Origin: Eledone cirrhosa
Taxonomy: Eukaryota
NCBI GenBank assembly: GCA_964016885.1
Contig: OZ024743.1
Span: 122,078,001-122,142,000 of the forward strand
Reading direction: 5' to 3'
DNA: 64,000 nucleotides
Below, piece by piece: positions 41,413 to 64,000 of the stretch. A program made the translations under genes and the position numbers. How positions within the stretch are numbered: position 1 is the first letter of the stretch; each line of letters opens with the position of its first letter. The notes beneath the pieces are model-generated. The model was not told the DNA's origin and made no database searches. It worked only from the letters and a program-made list of their open reading frames with translations.

Positions 41413-42590
41413 AAAACTTCTCAGTGTTACTGGGAACTTTAACATCAATGGTGATGTGGATAGGCTATACTTCTCACGCAAGGAAGGTGGCCGGGGTCTA
41501 AAATCCATATTAACAACATATGAGACCCGGATAATAACACTGAAGCAACACCTTCAACAGAGGAAAAAGGTTGGCAACCATCTTGCCCAGGTTTATGACC
41601 ATGAAAAAAGAAATATCATTAGAATAGCGACTGATCTGGAGGAGAGATATGGAATAAAGCCTGATATAAATCTCTCACCCAGAGAAATCGGAAGATCCTA
41701 TTCAATGTTCAAACAAGATAAAAAAATTGACCAATTTACAGAAAAAGTTGTGCATGGATACTTGAGGCGTAAAACACAGACCATAGAGGGATAAACCACT
41801 CAAAAAGCCTGGCATGGAGTTCCGACAAGTTTATGACATCACACCTTGAGGGATATCTCTATGCAATACAGGAACAAGAACTCCCTACCAAATATCTGCT
41901 GCACAAAAGAGGAGGGCCAGCAGCTGACAATAAATGTAGGCTATGTAAAACAAAGATCGAGGATGTAAGCCACATTGTTGCCAGCTGCGAAAGAATGTCA
42001 TCTCGCTACTACCTCCCCATGAGACACGATGGGATAGCTAGAACCATCTGGAACGCACTTCGGAAAACAAAATTAACAACAAACGAGGAAGAATATATTG
42101 AGACAGATGGCACTAAGGAATACTGGTGGAACCTGAAAATAAAAACTGCCACCAAATTAAAGCACAACCGGCCTGATATTGTAGTTTGGGACCACACATT
42201 GAAAACGTGTTCTGCTGTGGAGATCAGCTGCCCACTTGATGTAAACGTTGTCAGAAAAATACAGGAGAAGGAGGACATCTACGGACCATTGATGAGGAGT
42301 TTACAAATCCAGTATCCAAGATACACCATTAGCTTCATACCCATCATTATTGGTGCTACGGGTTATATACCAACCCGCTTAGACCAAAGTATGACTGAAC
42401 TTGGGTTTGCGGACAAAAAGCGCAGCTCCCTAATTCATAGTCTACAAATGGCTGCGATAGCTGGCACCTTCAAAATTTGCAAAACATTCTTGCGATTCAA
42501 GGGATGACAATTTCTTTTCTTTTACAACCTTGCCACCAGGAAGGTGGCCGGTCAAAAAAATATACTCGAAATTAAGAGAAAGAGAAAACA
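41413..42590 (+). mobile_element. 5'-truncated R4/Dong-type non-LTR retrotransposon (thumb, CCHC knuckle, restriction-like endonuclease)
   Basis: [14 protein letters not shown]; AIQEQ; CRLC-x8-H-x4-C; RHD; HNRPDIVV...VEISCP...KEDIY. One frameshift near 41790. Short 3' UTR. Microsatellite on both sides. Confidence 0.9.
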
Positions 42591-42613
42591 TATATATATA
42601 TATATATACATAC

Positions 42614-42660
<47 letters not shown>

Positions 42661-42961
42661 CATATATATATATATACATACATATATATATATATACATA
42701 CATACATATATATACACATACATATATATATATATACATACATACATATATATATACATACATATATACATACATATATATATATATATACATACATACA
42801 TACATATATATATATACATACATATATATATACATAAATACATATATATATATATATACATACATATATATATATACATACATATATATATACATAAATA
42901 CATATATATATATATATACATACATATATATATATACATACATATATATATACATAAATAC

Positions 42962-42996
<35 letters not shown>

Positions 42997-43029
42997 CATA
43001 CATATATATATATATATACATATATATAG

Positions 43030-43068
<39 letters not shown>

Positions 43069-43305
43069 CATATATATATATATACATACATACATACATA
43101 TACATATATACATACATATATATACATACATACATATATATATATATACATACATACATACATATATACATACATACATACATATATATATATATATACA
43201 TACATATATATACATATATACATACATATATATACATACATACATATATATATATATACATACATACATACATATGATATATATATATACATTCATATAT
43301 ATATA
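42591..43305. repeat. (TA)n/(TACA)n array with local higher-order repeats
   Basis: Directly visible. A 60-bp unit containing TACATAAATA recurs at 42831, 42891 and 42951. Confidence 0.95.
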
Positions 43306-43783
43306 CATCATCATCATCATCATTTTACGTCCGCTTTTCCCTGCTTGCAAGGGTGGGTCGGGTCTTATTCAGCACAGCATCTCTCCACTCGTCACGGTCC
43401 CTCGTCATCTCCACCGTGAGCTTCAATGATCTGAGGTTTGTTCTCACCACCTCCGCCCATGTTTTTCGTGGTCTACCTCTACCACGTCTTCCTTCAACTG
43501 GCAATTCCTGGCACTTCTTCACCCATCGGTCATCCTCCATGCGCATCACATGTCCATACCACTTCAGTCTCCTCTCCCGTACACTACATTCTATCCCTCT
43601 CAGACACAGTTTCTCTCTCAACACATTTATGCTGGGTCGTTCACGCATATTTACACTGCACATCCAACGGAGCATGCTTGCCTCATTTCTCTCCAGCCGT
43701 CGTATATCCTCTGCAGTTGCTGCCCATGTCTCACAACCATGCAGCATCGCGCTCCTCACACAGGCATCATACAACCGGCCTGT
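43306..43783 (-). mobile_element. 5'-truncated RTE LINE 3' end (second subfamily, very short 3' UTR)
   Basis: [19 protein letters not shown]...[12 protein letters not shown]...GRGRPRKTW...DRDEWR. (GAT)n tail. Confidence 0.92.
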
Positions 43784-43873
43784 ATGTATATATATATATA
43801 TGTATATATATACACACATATATATATATATACATATACATACATATATATATATATATATACATATATACAT

Positions 43874-43924
<51 letters not shown>

Positions 43925-43933
43925 CATATATAT

Positions 43934-44210
<277 letters not shown>

Positions 44211-44228
44211 CATATATATATATACATA

Positions 44229-46048
44229 TAGGATTAAATATTACATTTGAATATAACCTCAAAGAGGTCAATTTCCTTGATGTTACTTTCAATCTCAATA
44301 CAGATACGATTAAACCATTCCATAAACTAAATGAGAACCTTAAATATGTAAATACGAGTTCTAACCATCCACTCTCTATAATTAAATCCATCCCTAGAAA
44401 TGTTTCTCTTAGAATCTCCCGCCTGTCGTCCAACCAACAAACCTTCAAAGAACATGCCGATTATTATGATGATGCACTTAGGAAAGCCGGTCACCTAGAT
44501 AATATAGAGTATATAGTCAAAGATCACCAAAACACCCAAAATAAATCCCATAGGAGTAGAAATAGCACAGAATCACCACCATACATACACTACCGCAATA
44601 GACACAATAATAGTCGCACACCACCAAACAGAAGGTGATGTAAGGAGTATATTTGGTACAACCCGGTCTATAACAACTCTATTAAAACCAATCTACCCTC
44701 AAAATTCTTTCGATTAGTTAAAAAACACTTTCCAACATCACATAAATATAATAAAATCTTAAACCCTAACACTATTCGACTTTCATATTCAACTGCCCCT
44801 AATATTGAACAACATATAAAAAAGCTTAACGCAAAACGGTTGTATAAACGCCTTCCAACACATAACAATACACGTAAAACATTAGCTATAACATCACAAA
44901 ACAACAAACAACATCCTGTCCTACATAAGCAACCTCATCAACCCATCCATGGCAATACAACAACGCAAAATTATAATTGCAACTGTGTCCAACCAGGAAT
45001 GTGTCCGTTGAACAATCAGTGTCTTGAACGCAACATCGTATACAAATGTACTATCGAATCGGATAGACAGAAGTGGTACTATGTGGGATCTACAGCCACC
45101 TCCTTCAAATCACGCCTTTATAGACATCGTTACTCGATAAAACATGAAAACCAGCGTTATGTAACAACACTCGCAGACAAGGCTTGGCAGCTGCGTGAAA
45201 ATAACCAACAATTTCACCTAAAATGGGATATAATAGCAGCTGCCTCCCCATAAACCCATGGACAGGAATTTTGTAAATTATGTAATGTAGAATTATTTTG
45301 TATTATGAAATCCAAAAACATTTTATTAAATAACAGAATAGAGCGATCGTTATACTGTAACCATCGCTTAAAATCTACATTTTCATATTATAAATACTAC
45401 CAGGATTGAACGCCTGTCTCTATCCCCGTTTGATTGTCAAAATAGATATTAACATTCTTTATTAGTCTTAATTCTATCAACTCTTCTATTATTTACCTCT
45501 TAATACAAACTGCTATAGATAAAATGAGATTTCTGATTTCTTGATTCAATTCCCTAATGCATATACCAGCTGGCTACTAGCATTGATGTTATTTAGTAGC
45601 AATCGAAATCTCCCCCTTCCCCAATTGACACTTTATAATTAATACTACTGCACCAAATTACCAGCCCTGTCCACTGTCCAGTTGGTCAAGTAGAGATTAA
45701 AATTGGCACTCCCAAAATTCTTATTTAGATTTACTCATGGTATTCTCATTAGAAACCCATTATATACTTGTTTAGCAGTAAATTAATTTACCATCTGTCA
45801 TATACTATCCCCTCTGTTTCTTCCTCTATTACTAATATAAATACTTCAATTTTTCTGATTTTATCCAGTTTATCCAAAATATCTGAAGAAGTGACAACTG
45901 ATTATACATTTGCTATCGAATACTTGCTAACATTATATGATTACGCAAGCAGCGATACATAGGTATTCCGTCTGTTAGAGAAACATATGTCAATACCTAA
46001 TAAATTCCTTTTTTAAAAAAAGCACTTTCATTTTATATTCATCCTTTC
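44229..46048 (+). mobile_element. 5'-truncated Penelope-like element (RT C-terminus, CxCx5C linker, GIY-YIG endonuclease, 3' region); probably Hydra clade
   Basis: [36 protein letters not shown]...YVGST..FKSRL..H, CKLC..E. One reading frame to 45409 with two in-frame stops (44636, 45251). Flanked by (TA)n. Confidence 0.9.
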
Positions 46049-47470
<1,422 letters not shown>

Positions 47471-47827
47471 TTATGTAAATTATGTAAACTATATATATAT
47501 GTGTTTGTCTATATTGTATCTGTATTATTTTTGACCGCCGGTCAGTCAATGGCAACATTGAGGACCGAGTAAGTTAGATCGCAGATATATATATATAAAA
47601 GACAGCGAGAAGCGAAAACCAACCAAACAGTGAGTGTGTTCTGTTATTAATTCTGGCAATATTACGCAAATATGACCCTGTATATGTATAACAATATATA
47701 TACATATATATATATATACATATAAATATATATACATATATACATATATATATATATATACATATAAATATATATACATATATACATATACATATATATA
47801 TACATATAAATATATATACATATATAC

Positions 47828-47864
<37 letters not shown>

Positions 47865-47867
47865 CAT

Positions 47868-50455
47868 ATCATCATCATCATCATCATCAACGTTTAACGT
47901 CCGTGTTCCACGCTTGCATGGGTTTGGACGGGGGTAGTCCCACTTGAGGCAAGAGTGATTGTCTTGCTCGCATAGGACTGTCTGGCAGGTTTTCTACAGT
48001 TGGATGCCCTTCCTAACACCAACCACATTTACAGTGTGGGTCTGGGAGGTTTTTTACCGTGTTGCCTACACGGCCACATTACAGCGTGGACTGTGTGTTT
48101 TTTTGTCGTGACACCTACACGATCTCATTTGTTTCGGCCCGGATGGCGCGGCACCAACATAACTTTACATAGGACGGGGTGGTGTGGATGGGGTGGGGGG
48201 TGGTGGTGGTGGGACGGGGTGTATTTTGTTAGAGATGCCTACTGGCAAGGCGGGTCTTCTCTGTTACTGAGTACCGCCAAAGGTCTCGGTCCAGTGACAT
48301 TGTCTTGGAGAGGTGTAAGTGTGTGAGGTCGGAGTTTATCAGCTCGTCCCAGGTTTTTCTAGGTCTGCCTATTCCGTGGCTACCGTCTATCTTTATTGCC
48401 CTGCACTTTGTTATACAGCTATCGACTTTCATGCGCATCACGTGTCCATACCAACGTAGCCTTCTCTCGAGTAAACAACATCTGATCCCTCTTATCTCTA
48501 ATTTTTTTTCCTTAGTTCGTTTATGCTTTGCCGTTCACGTATATTACTGTTACACATCCAGCGGAGCATGCAAGCTTCGTTCCTCTCTAGTCTGCGTATA
48601 TCCTCTGCACACAATGCCCAGGTCTCACTGCCATGCAACATTGCTGTTCGTATGCAGGCATCGTACAACCTGCCTTTCATTTTTAGGGAGAACCCTTTAG
48701 CAGCTAATAGTGGTATAAGCTCTCTGAACTTTTTCCAACCAGTTCTGACTCTAGCTACAGTACTTTCAGAGCACCCTCCCCCACTGCTGATTTTATCGCC
48801 CAGGTAACGGAAGCTGTCCACTATTTCTATAGAACCCTCTGCGCAATTGAAAGAGCTAGTATTGTGTGGGCACTTGCTGCTACTTATTGCACCAGAACAC
48901 CGGCCACATGTAAAATCTATGTTCTTAGTTAGCTTACCTGTGATCCCACTACATCTTTTATGCACCCATACTTTGCATTTAGGACACAAAATGGAGTTTC
49001 TACCTACGCCTTTCCTACACACCGAGCACGACCATTTCCCAGAAGGGACCGCCGCCTTGTTTTCTTTCCTACAAACTAGAACTTTGGTCTTAGCCAGGTT
49101 AATTTTAAGTCCTTTTGACTCTAGGCCGTGCTTCCATGTTTGGAATTTCTTCTCTAGCTCGGCCATTGATTCCGCTATGAGTGTCAGGTCGTCTGCGTAT
49201 AGGAGTTCCCATGGGCAGCCTGTCTTGAACTCCTCTGTTATAGCCTGAAGGGCAATAATAAATAGTAGGGGGCTGAGAACAGAGCCCCTGATGGACGCCA
49301 ACTTTTACGCTAAACTCTTCACTATATTCGTTGTTAATTCTAACCTTGCTGACTGTTTCTTTATACATGGCTTGTATAGCCCTCACAAGCCATTCGTCAA
49401 CGCCTAGTTTTCTAAGAGCCCACCAGATAATGGAGCGGGGGACTCTGTCGAAGGCTTTCTCCAAGTCGACAAAAGCTAAGTAGAGGGGTTTACCTTTAGC
49501 TAGGTACTTCTCCTGTAGTTGTCGTACTATGAAAAGAGCGTCTGTGGTACTTTTGCCTGACACAAACCCGAACTGCATTTCATCTAGGTCAATTCTCTCT
49601 CTGATTAGTTGCGCTATTACTTTTTCTGTGACCTTCATGACCTGGTCGATTAATTTAATGCCTCTATAGTTACTCCTATCTAGGGCGTCTCCTTTACCCT
49701 TATAACAGTTAACGATGATGCTGCTATGCCAGTCCTTCGGAACAACCCCATTCTGTACGACTTGGTTAACTATGCGGGTGACCATGGTGTGTCCCACCGT
49801 GCCAGATGCCTTCAGCATCTCAGCAACTATTTCCGAAGGCCCAGCCGCCTTACCTGTCTTCATATCCTTGATTGCCTTACTTATTATACCCCCCTCGACT
49901 AACACTGCTGGTCCCTCTATTGGGTCGACATGGGGGAGACTGTCTTTCTCCCATTTATTCTCCTCATTTAGTAGCCTTTCATAGTGACACTTCCAAGCTG
50001 CCTTCTTATCAGTGTCGGTGATGGCAAGTATGCCATCATCGTTAAGTACACACTTCTCCCCGACAATATCACGGTTTTCCTTGACGCATTGCCTAGCAAT
50101 CCTGAACACCTCACGTTTTTGGTCATCGCGTTGTAGGACATGCTTGAACTTTCTTTCCTCAGCTTCCCTTCTTGCTAAGTACACTTCTCTCCTAGCTTCC
50201 CTCCTGGCCACTTGATAGTCTACTCTACTTCCCCCATCCCGCCATACTTTCCAAGCCTGCTTTTTGGCCTTAATTGACTCCTCCACCTTACTGTTCCACC
50301 ACCATGTTACTCTCCTCCTGCCTACAGGCCTGCTCCAGCCACAGACTTCGTCTGTGGCCAACAGCAGGTTTGCTTTCAGAAATTCCCACTGTCCCTCTAT
50401 ATTGTCCGACTCTAAGTGTTCTTCCTTACTGTCGAAAGCATCAAGTAATATGTTT
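47868..50455 (-). mobile_element. Young 5'-truncated RTE LINE with PHD finger inside RT and ~360-bp 3' UTR/(GAT)n tail
   Basis: NYRGIKL, QFGF, FVDLEKAFDRV, GVHQG/SVLSP, YADD, FRYLG, GRPRKTW. Only two frameshifts, both in homopolymers (about 49287 and 48505). Confidence 0.95.
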
Positions 50456-50457
50456 TA

Positions 50458-50507
<50 letters not shown>

Positions 50508-50540
50508 CATATATACATATATATATATATACATATATAC

Positions 50541-50682
<142 letters not shown>

Positions 50683-50766
50683 TATAATAAACATTTTGAA
50701 GACCTAATCGCTATAGAATAGAATACGTCACGTATTACAATTAGATTCTCGACAAAAGCAAGGGAA

Positions 50767-50809
50767 GTAATCTACGCGTTTCATTCTTGTTAGAAATCAT
50801 CAGGACTAC
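50767..50809 (-). ncRNA. Type I hammerhead ribozyme
   Basis: Reverse complement GTAGTC-CTGATGA-TTTCTAACAAGAAT-GAAAC-GC-GTA-GATTAC. Confidence 0.85.
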
Positions 50810-51076
50810 ATATCCAGTGCTTTTATCGAGAATGACACAGCTAGAGACTTATAGAATACTTAGCCGTGTACAGGAACTGGTTTGAAAGAGCGGTTGCCGG
50901 TCCGGCAGAAATTAGAAATTGGAATAAATGCTCTGAAATAGCGATATATATGTGAATATAGACATAGAATATTCGAAAATATTCTGTATGTTTATAATAA
51001 ACATTTTGAAGACCTAATCGCTATAGAATAGAATACGTCACGTATTACAATTAGATTCTCGACAAAAGCAAGGGAA

Positions 51077-51119
51077 GTAATCTACGCGTTTCATTCTTGT
51101 TAGAAATCATCAGGACTAC
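51077..51119 (-). ncRNA. Type I hammerhead ribozyme (second tandem copy)
   Basis: Identical to 50767-50809, 310 bp away. Confidence 0.85.
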
Positions 51120-51538
51120 ATATCCAGTGCTTTTATCGAGAATGACACAGCTAGAGACTTATAGAATACTTAGCCGTGTACAGGAACTGGTTTGAAAGAG
51201 CGGTTGCCGGTCCGGCAGAAATTAGAAATTGGAATAAATGCTCTGAAATAGCGATATATATGTGAATATAGACATAGAATATTCGAAAATATTCTGTATG
51301 TTTATAATAAACATTTTGAAGACCTAATCGCTATAGAATAGAAATGTTTATTATAAACATACAGAATATTTTCGAATATTCTATGTCTATATTCACATAT
51401 ATATCGCTATTTCAGAGCATTTATTCCAATTTCTAATTTCTGCCGGACCGGCAACCGCTCTTTCAAACCAGTTCCTGTACACGGCTAAGTATTCTATAAG
51501 TCTCTAGCTGTGTCATTCTCGATAAAAGCACTGGATAT

Positions 51539-51581
51539 GTAGTCCTGATGATTTCTAACAAGAATGAAACGCGTAGATTAC
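51539..51581 (+). ncRNA. Type I hammerhead ribozyme (inverted arm); predicted cleavage after GUA at 51575
   Basis: Stem I GTAGTC/GATTAC, core CTGATGA and GAAA, stem II TTCT-aaca-AGAA, palindromic helix III ACGCGT. Outer 16-bp helix 51515-51530 / 51588-51603. Confidence 0.88.
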
Positions 51582-51800
51582 TTCCCTTGCTTTTGTCGAG
51601 AATCTAATTGTAATACGTGACGTATTCTATTCTATAGCGATTAGGTCTTCAAAATGTTTATTATAAACATACAGAATATTTTCGAATATTCTATGTCTAT
51701 ATTCACATATATATCGCTATTTCAGAGCATTTATTCCAATTTCTAATTTCTGCCGGACCGGCAACCGCTCTTTCAAACCAGTTCCTGTACACGGCTAAGT

Positions 51801-52000
51801 NNNNNNNNNNNNNNNNNNNNNNNNNNNNNNNNNNNNNNNNNNNNNNNNNNNNNNNNNNNNNNNNNNNNNNNNNNNNNNNNNNNNNNNNNNNNNNNNNNNN
51901 NNNNNNNNNNNNNNNNNNNNNNNNNNNNNNNNNNNNNNNNNNNNNNNNNNNNNNNNNNNNNNNNNNNNNNNNNNNNNNNNNNNNNNNNNNNNNNNNNNNN
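51801..52000. other. Assembly gap (200 N)
   Basis: Run of N. Confidence 1.
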
Positions 52001-62756
<10,756 letters not shown>

Positions 62757-63362
62757 GGTGGCTGCCAACTCGTTTTCGAGTACGGCCACTACTTTATATC
62801 CATGTAGGAGAACCCCTACTGATGAGCTGAACGAGTGTGACTTTTTAGTCCAGCCAGCGACTTGAAAGCTCTGGTACAAACACTACACTTGTGACAATTA
62901 TTGACACATAGTGCTGGGCCCATGGTACCATGTGACGACAAATGCAGTGAGATCTCCAGATATAAAGCAATGCCTGTGCCGTGAAGCTTTATAGTGAGCA
63001 AAGGCACTGCACAAAGCCAGTCCCACTCTCTTAACCAAGATGATATTTACCAAAAGAAGAACAAGTCAACATCATTGGAATACCATCAGGGTTGCAGGTG
63101 TTATATCAGAGTTTTCCTTCTCCTAGAATTCTGCCTTGACAAAGGCTAAGGGATCATCTCTCCCGGTGATTTTGGATGGCCATTGACTCTTAAGAGCTCC
63201 TTTGCCTTTTGACAGGTTTTGTTTTTAGTCCTGCAGGATGTCCAAAGTCACCCTCCTCACCAAGAAACCTTGGTGGGGTTGCCAGTTTAGTCGCCAACGA
63301 CCCGACCATGGGACAGGTTGTACTGGAATACATGTTACCAGTAGCACCAACTGGTGACCTGA
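62757..63362 (-). mobile_element. Non-autonomous bipartite RTE derivative (5' UTR, last C2H2 finger, 3' tail)
   Basis: Head equals 34437-34752. Encodes [22 protein letters not shown]. Tail GTGGCCGTACTCGAAAACGAGTTGGCAGCCA resembles the RTE tail at 34899-34937. Confidence 0.85.
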
Positions 63363-63543
63363 CATATATATATACATATATATATACATATATATATACA
63401 TATATATATATACATATATATACATATATATATACATATATATACATATATATATATACATATATATACATATATATATATACATATATATACATATATA
63501 TATATACATATATATATACATATATATACATATATATATATAC

Positions 63544-63596
<53 letters not shown>

Positions 63597-63821
63597 TATA
63601 TACATATATATATATATACATATATATATACATATATATATATATACATATATATATACATATATATATACATATATATATATATACATATATATATACA
63701 TATATATATATATACATATATATATACATATATATATATACATATATATATACATATATATATATACATATATATATATATACATATATATATACATATA
63801 TATATATACATATATATATAC

Positions 63822-63900
<79 letters not shown>

Positions 63901-64000
63901 TATATACATATATATATACATATATATATATATACATATATATATACATATATATATATATACATATATATATACATATATATATATATACATATATATA
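63363..64000. repeat. (TA)n/TACA array
   Basis: Directly visible. Confidence 0.98.

Noticed and set aside
44636-44638. In-frame TGA in the PLE as possible selenocysteine (as in some Naiad PLEs)
   Set aside because: It lies in an Arg-rich stretch, so it is probably a CGA-to-TGA mutation. A TAA stop also interrupts the frame, and the domain order is not Naiad-like.
48175-48222. G-quadruplex-like G tract
   Set aside because: It is part of the RTE 3' UTR on the antisense strand and varies between copies. There is no independent evidence of function.
63270-63362. Canonical HDV-like or twister ribozyme at the RTE head
   Set aside because: The required pseudoknot pairings could not be assigned. 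Kept only as an unclassified structure.

Overview
AT-rich, repeat-dominated animal genomic DNA. The SINE families and giant (TA)n/(TACA)n arrays suggest an octopus-type cephalopod, which is an inference. There is one plausible host coding region, a single-exon 207-aa ORF of unknown function (5648-6271, minus). Nearly everything else is mobile DNA: several RTE-clade LINEs (a near-full-length copy with three C-terminal C2H2 fingers, and a young copy with a PHD finger inside its RT), internally deleted RTE derivatives, an R4/Dong-type restriction-endonuclease LINE, a CR1 fragment, a Penelope-like element with GIY-YIG, a Helitron, hAT MITEs and many tRNA-derived SINEs. The young retroelements sit inside TA microsatellites. 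The most striking signal is a non-coding 310-bp tandem/inverted repeat (50679-51800) carrying a well-formed type I hammerhead ribozyme in each complete unit, a candidate retrozyme or circular-RNA element. Further hammerhead remnants are tied to fold-back palindromes elsewhere in the window. All IY/YI-rich ORFs in the track are microsatellite artefacts. An assembly gap lies at 51801-52000.
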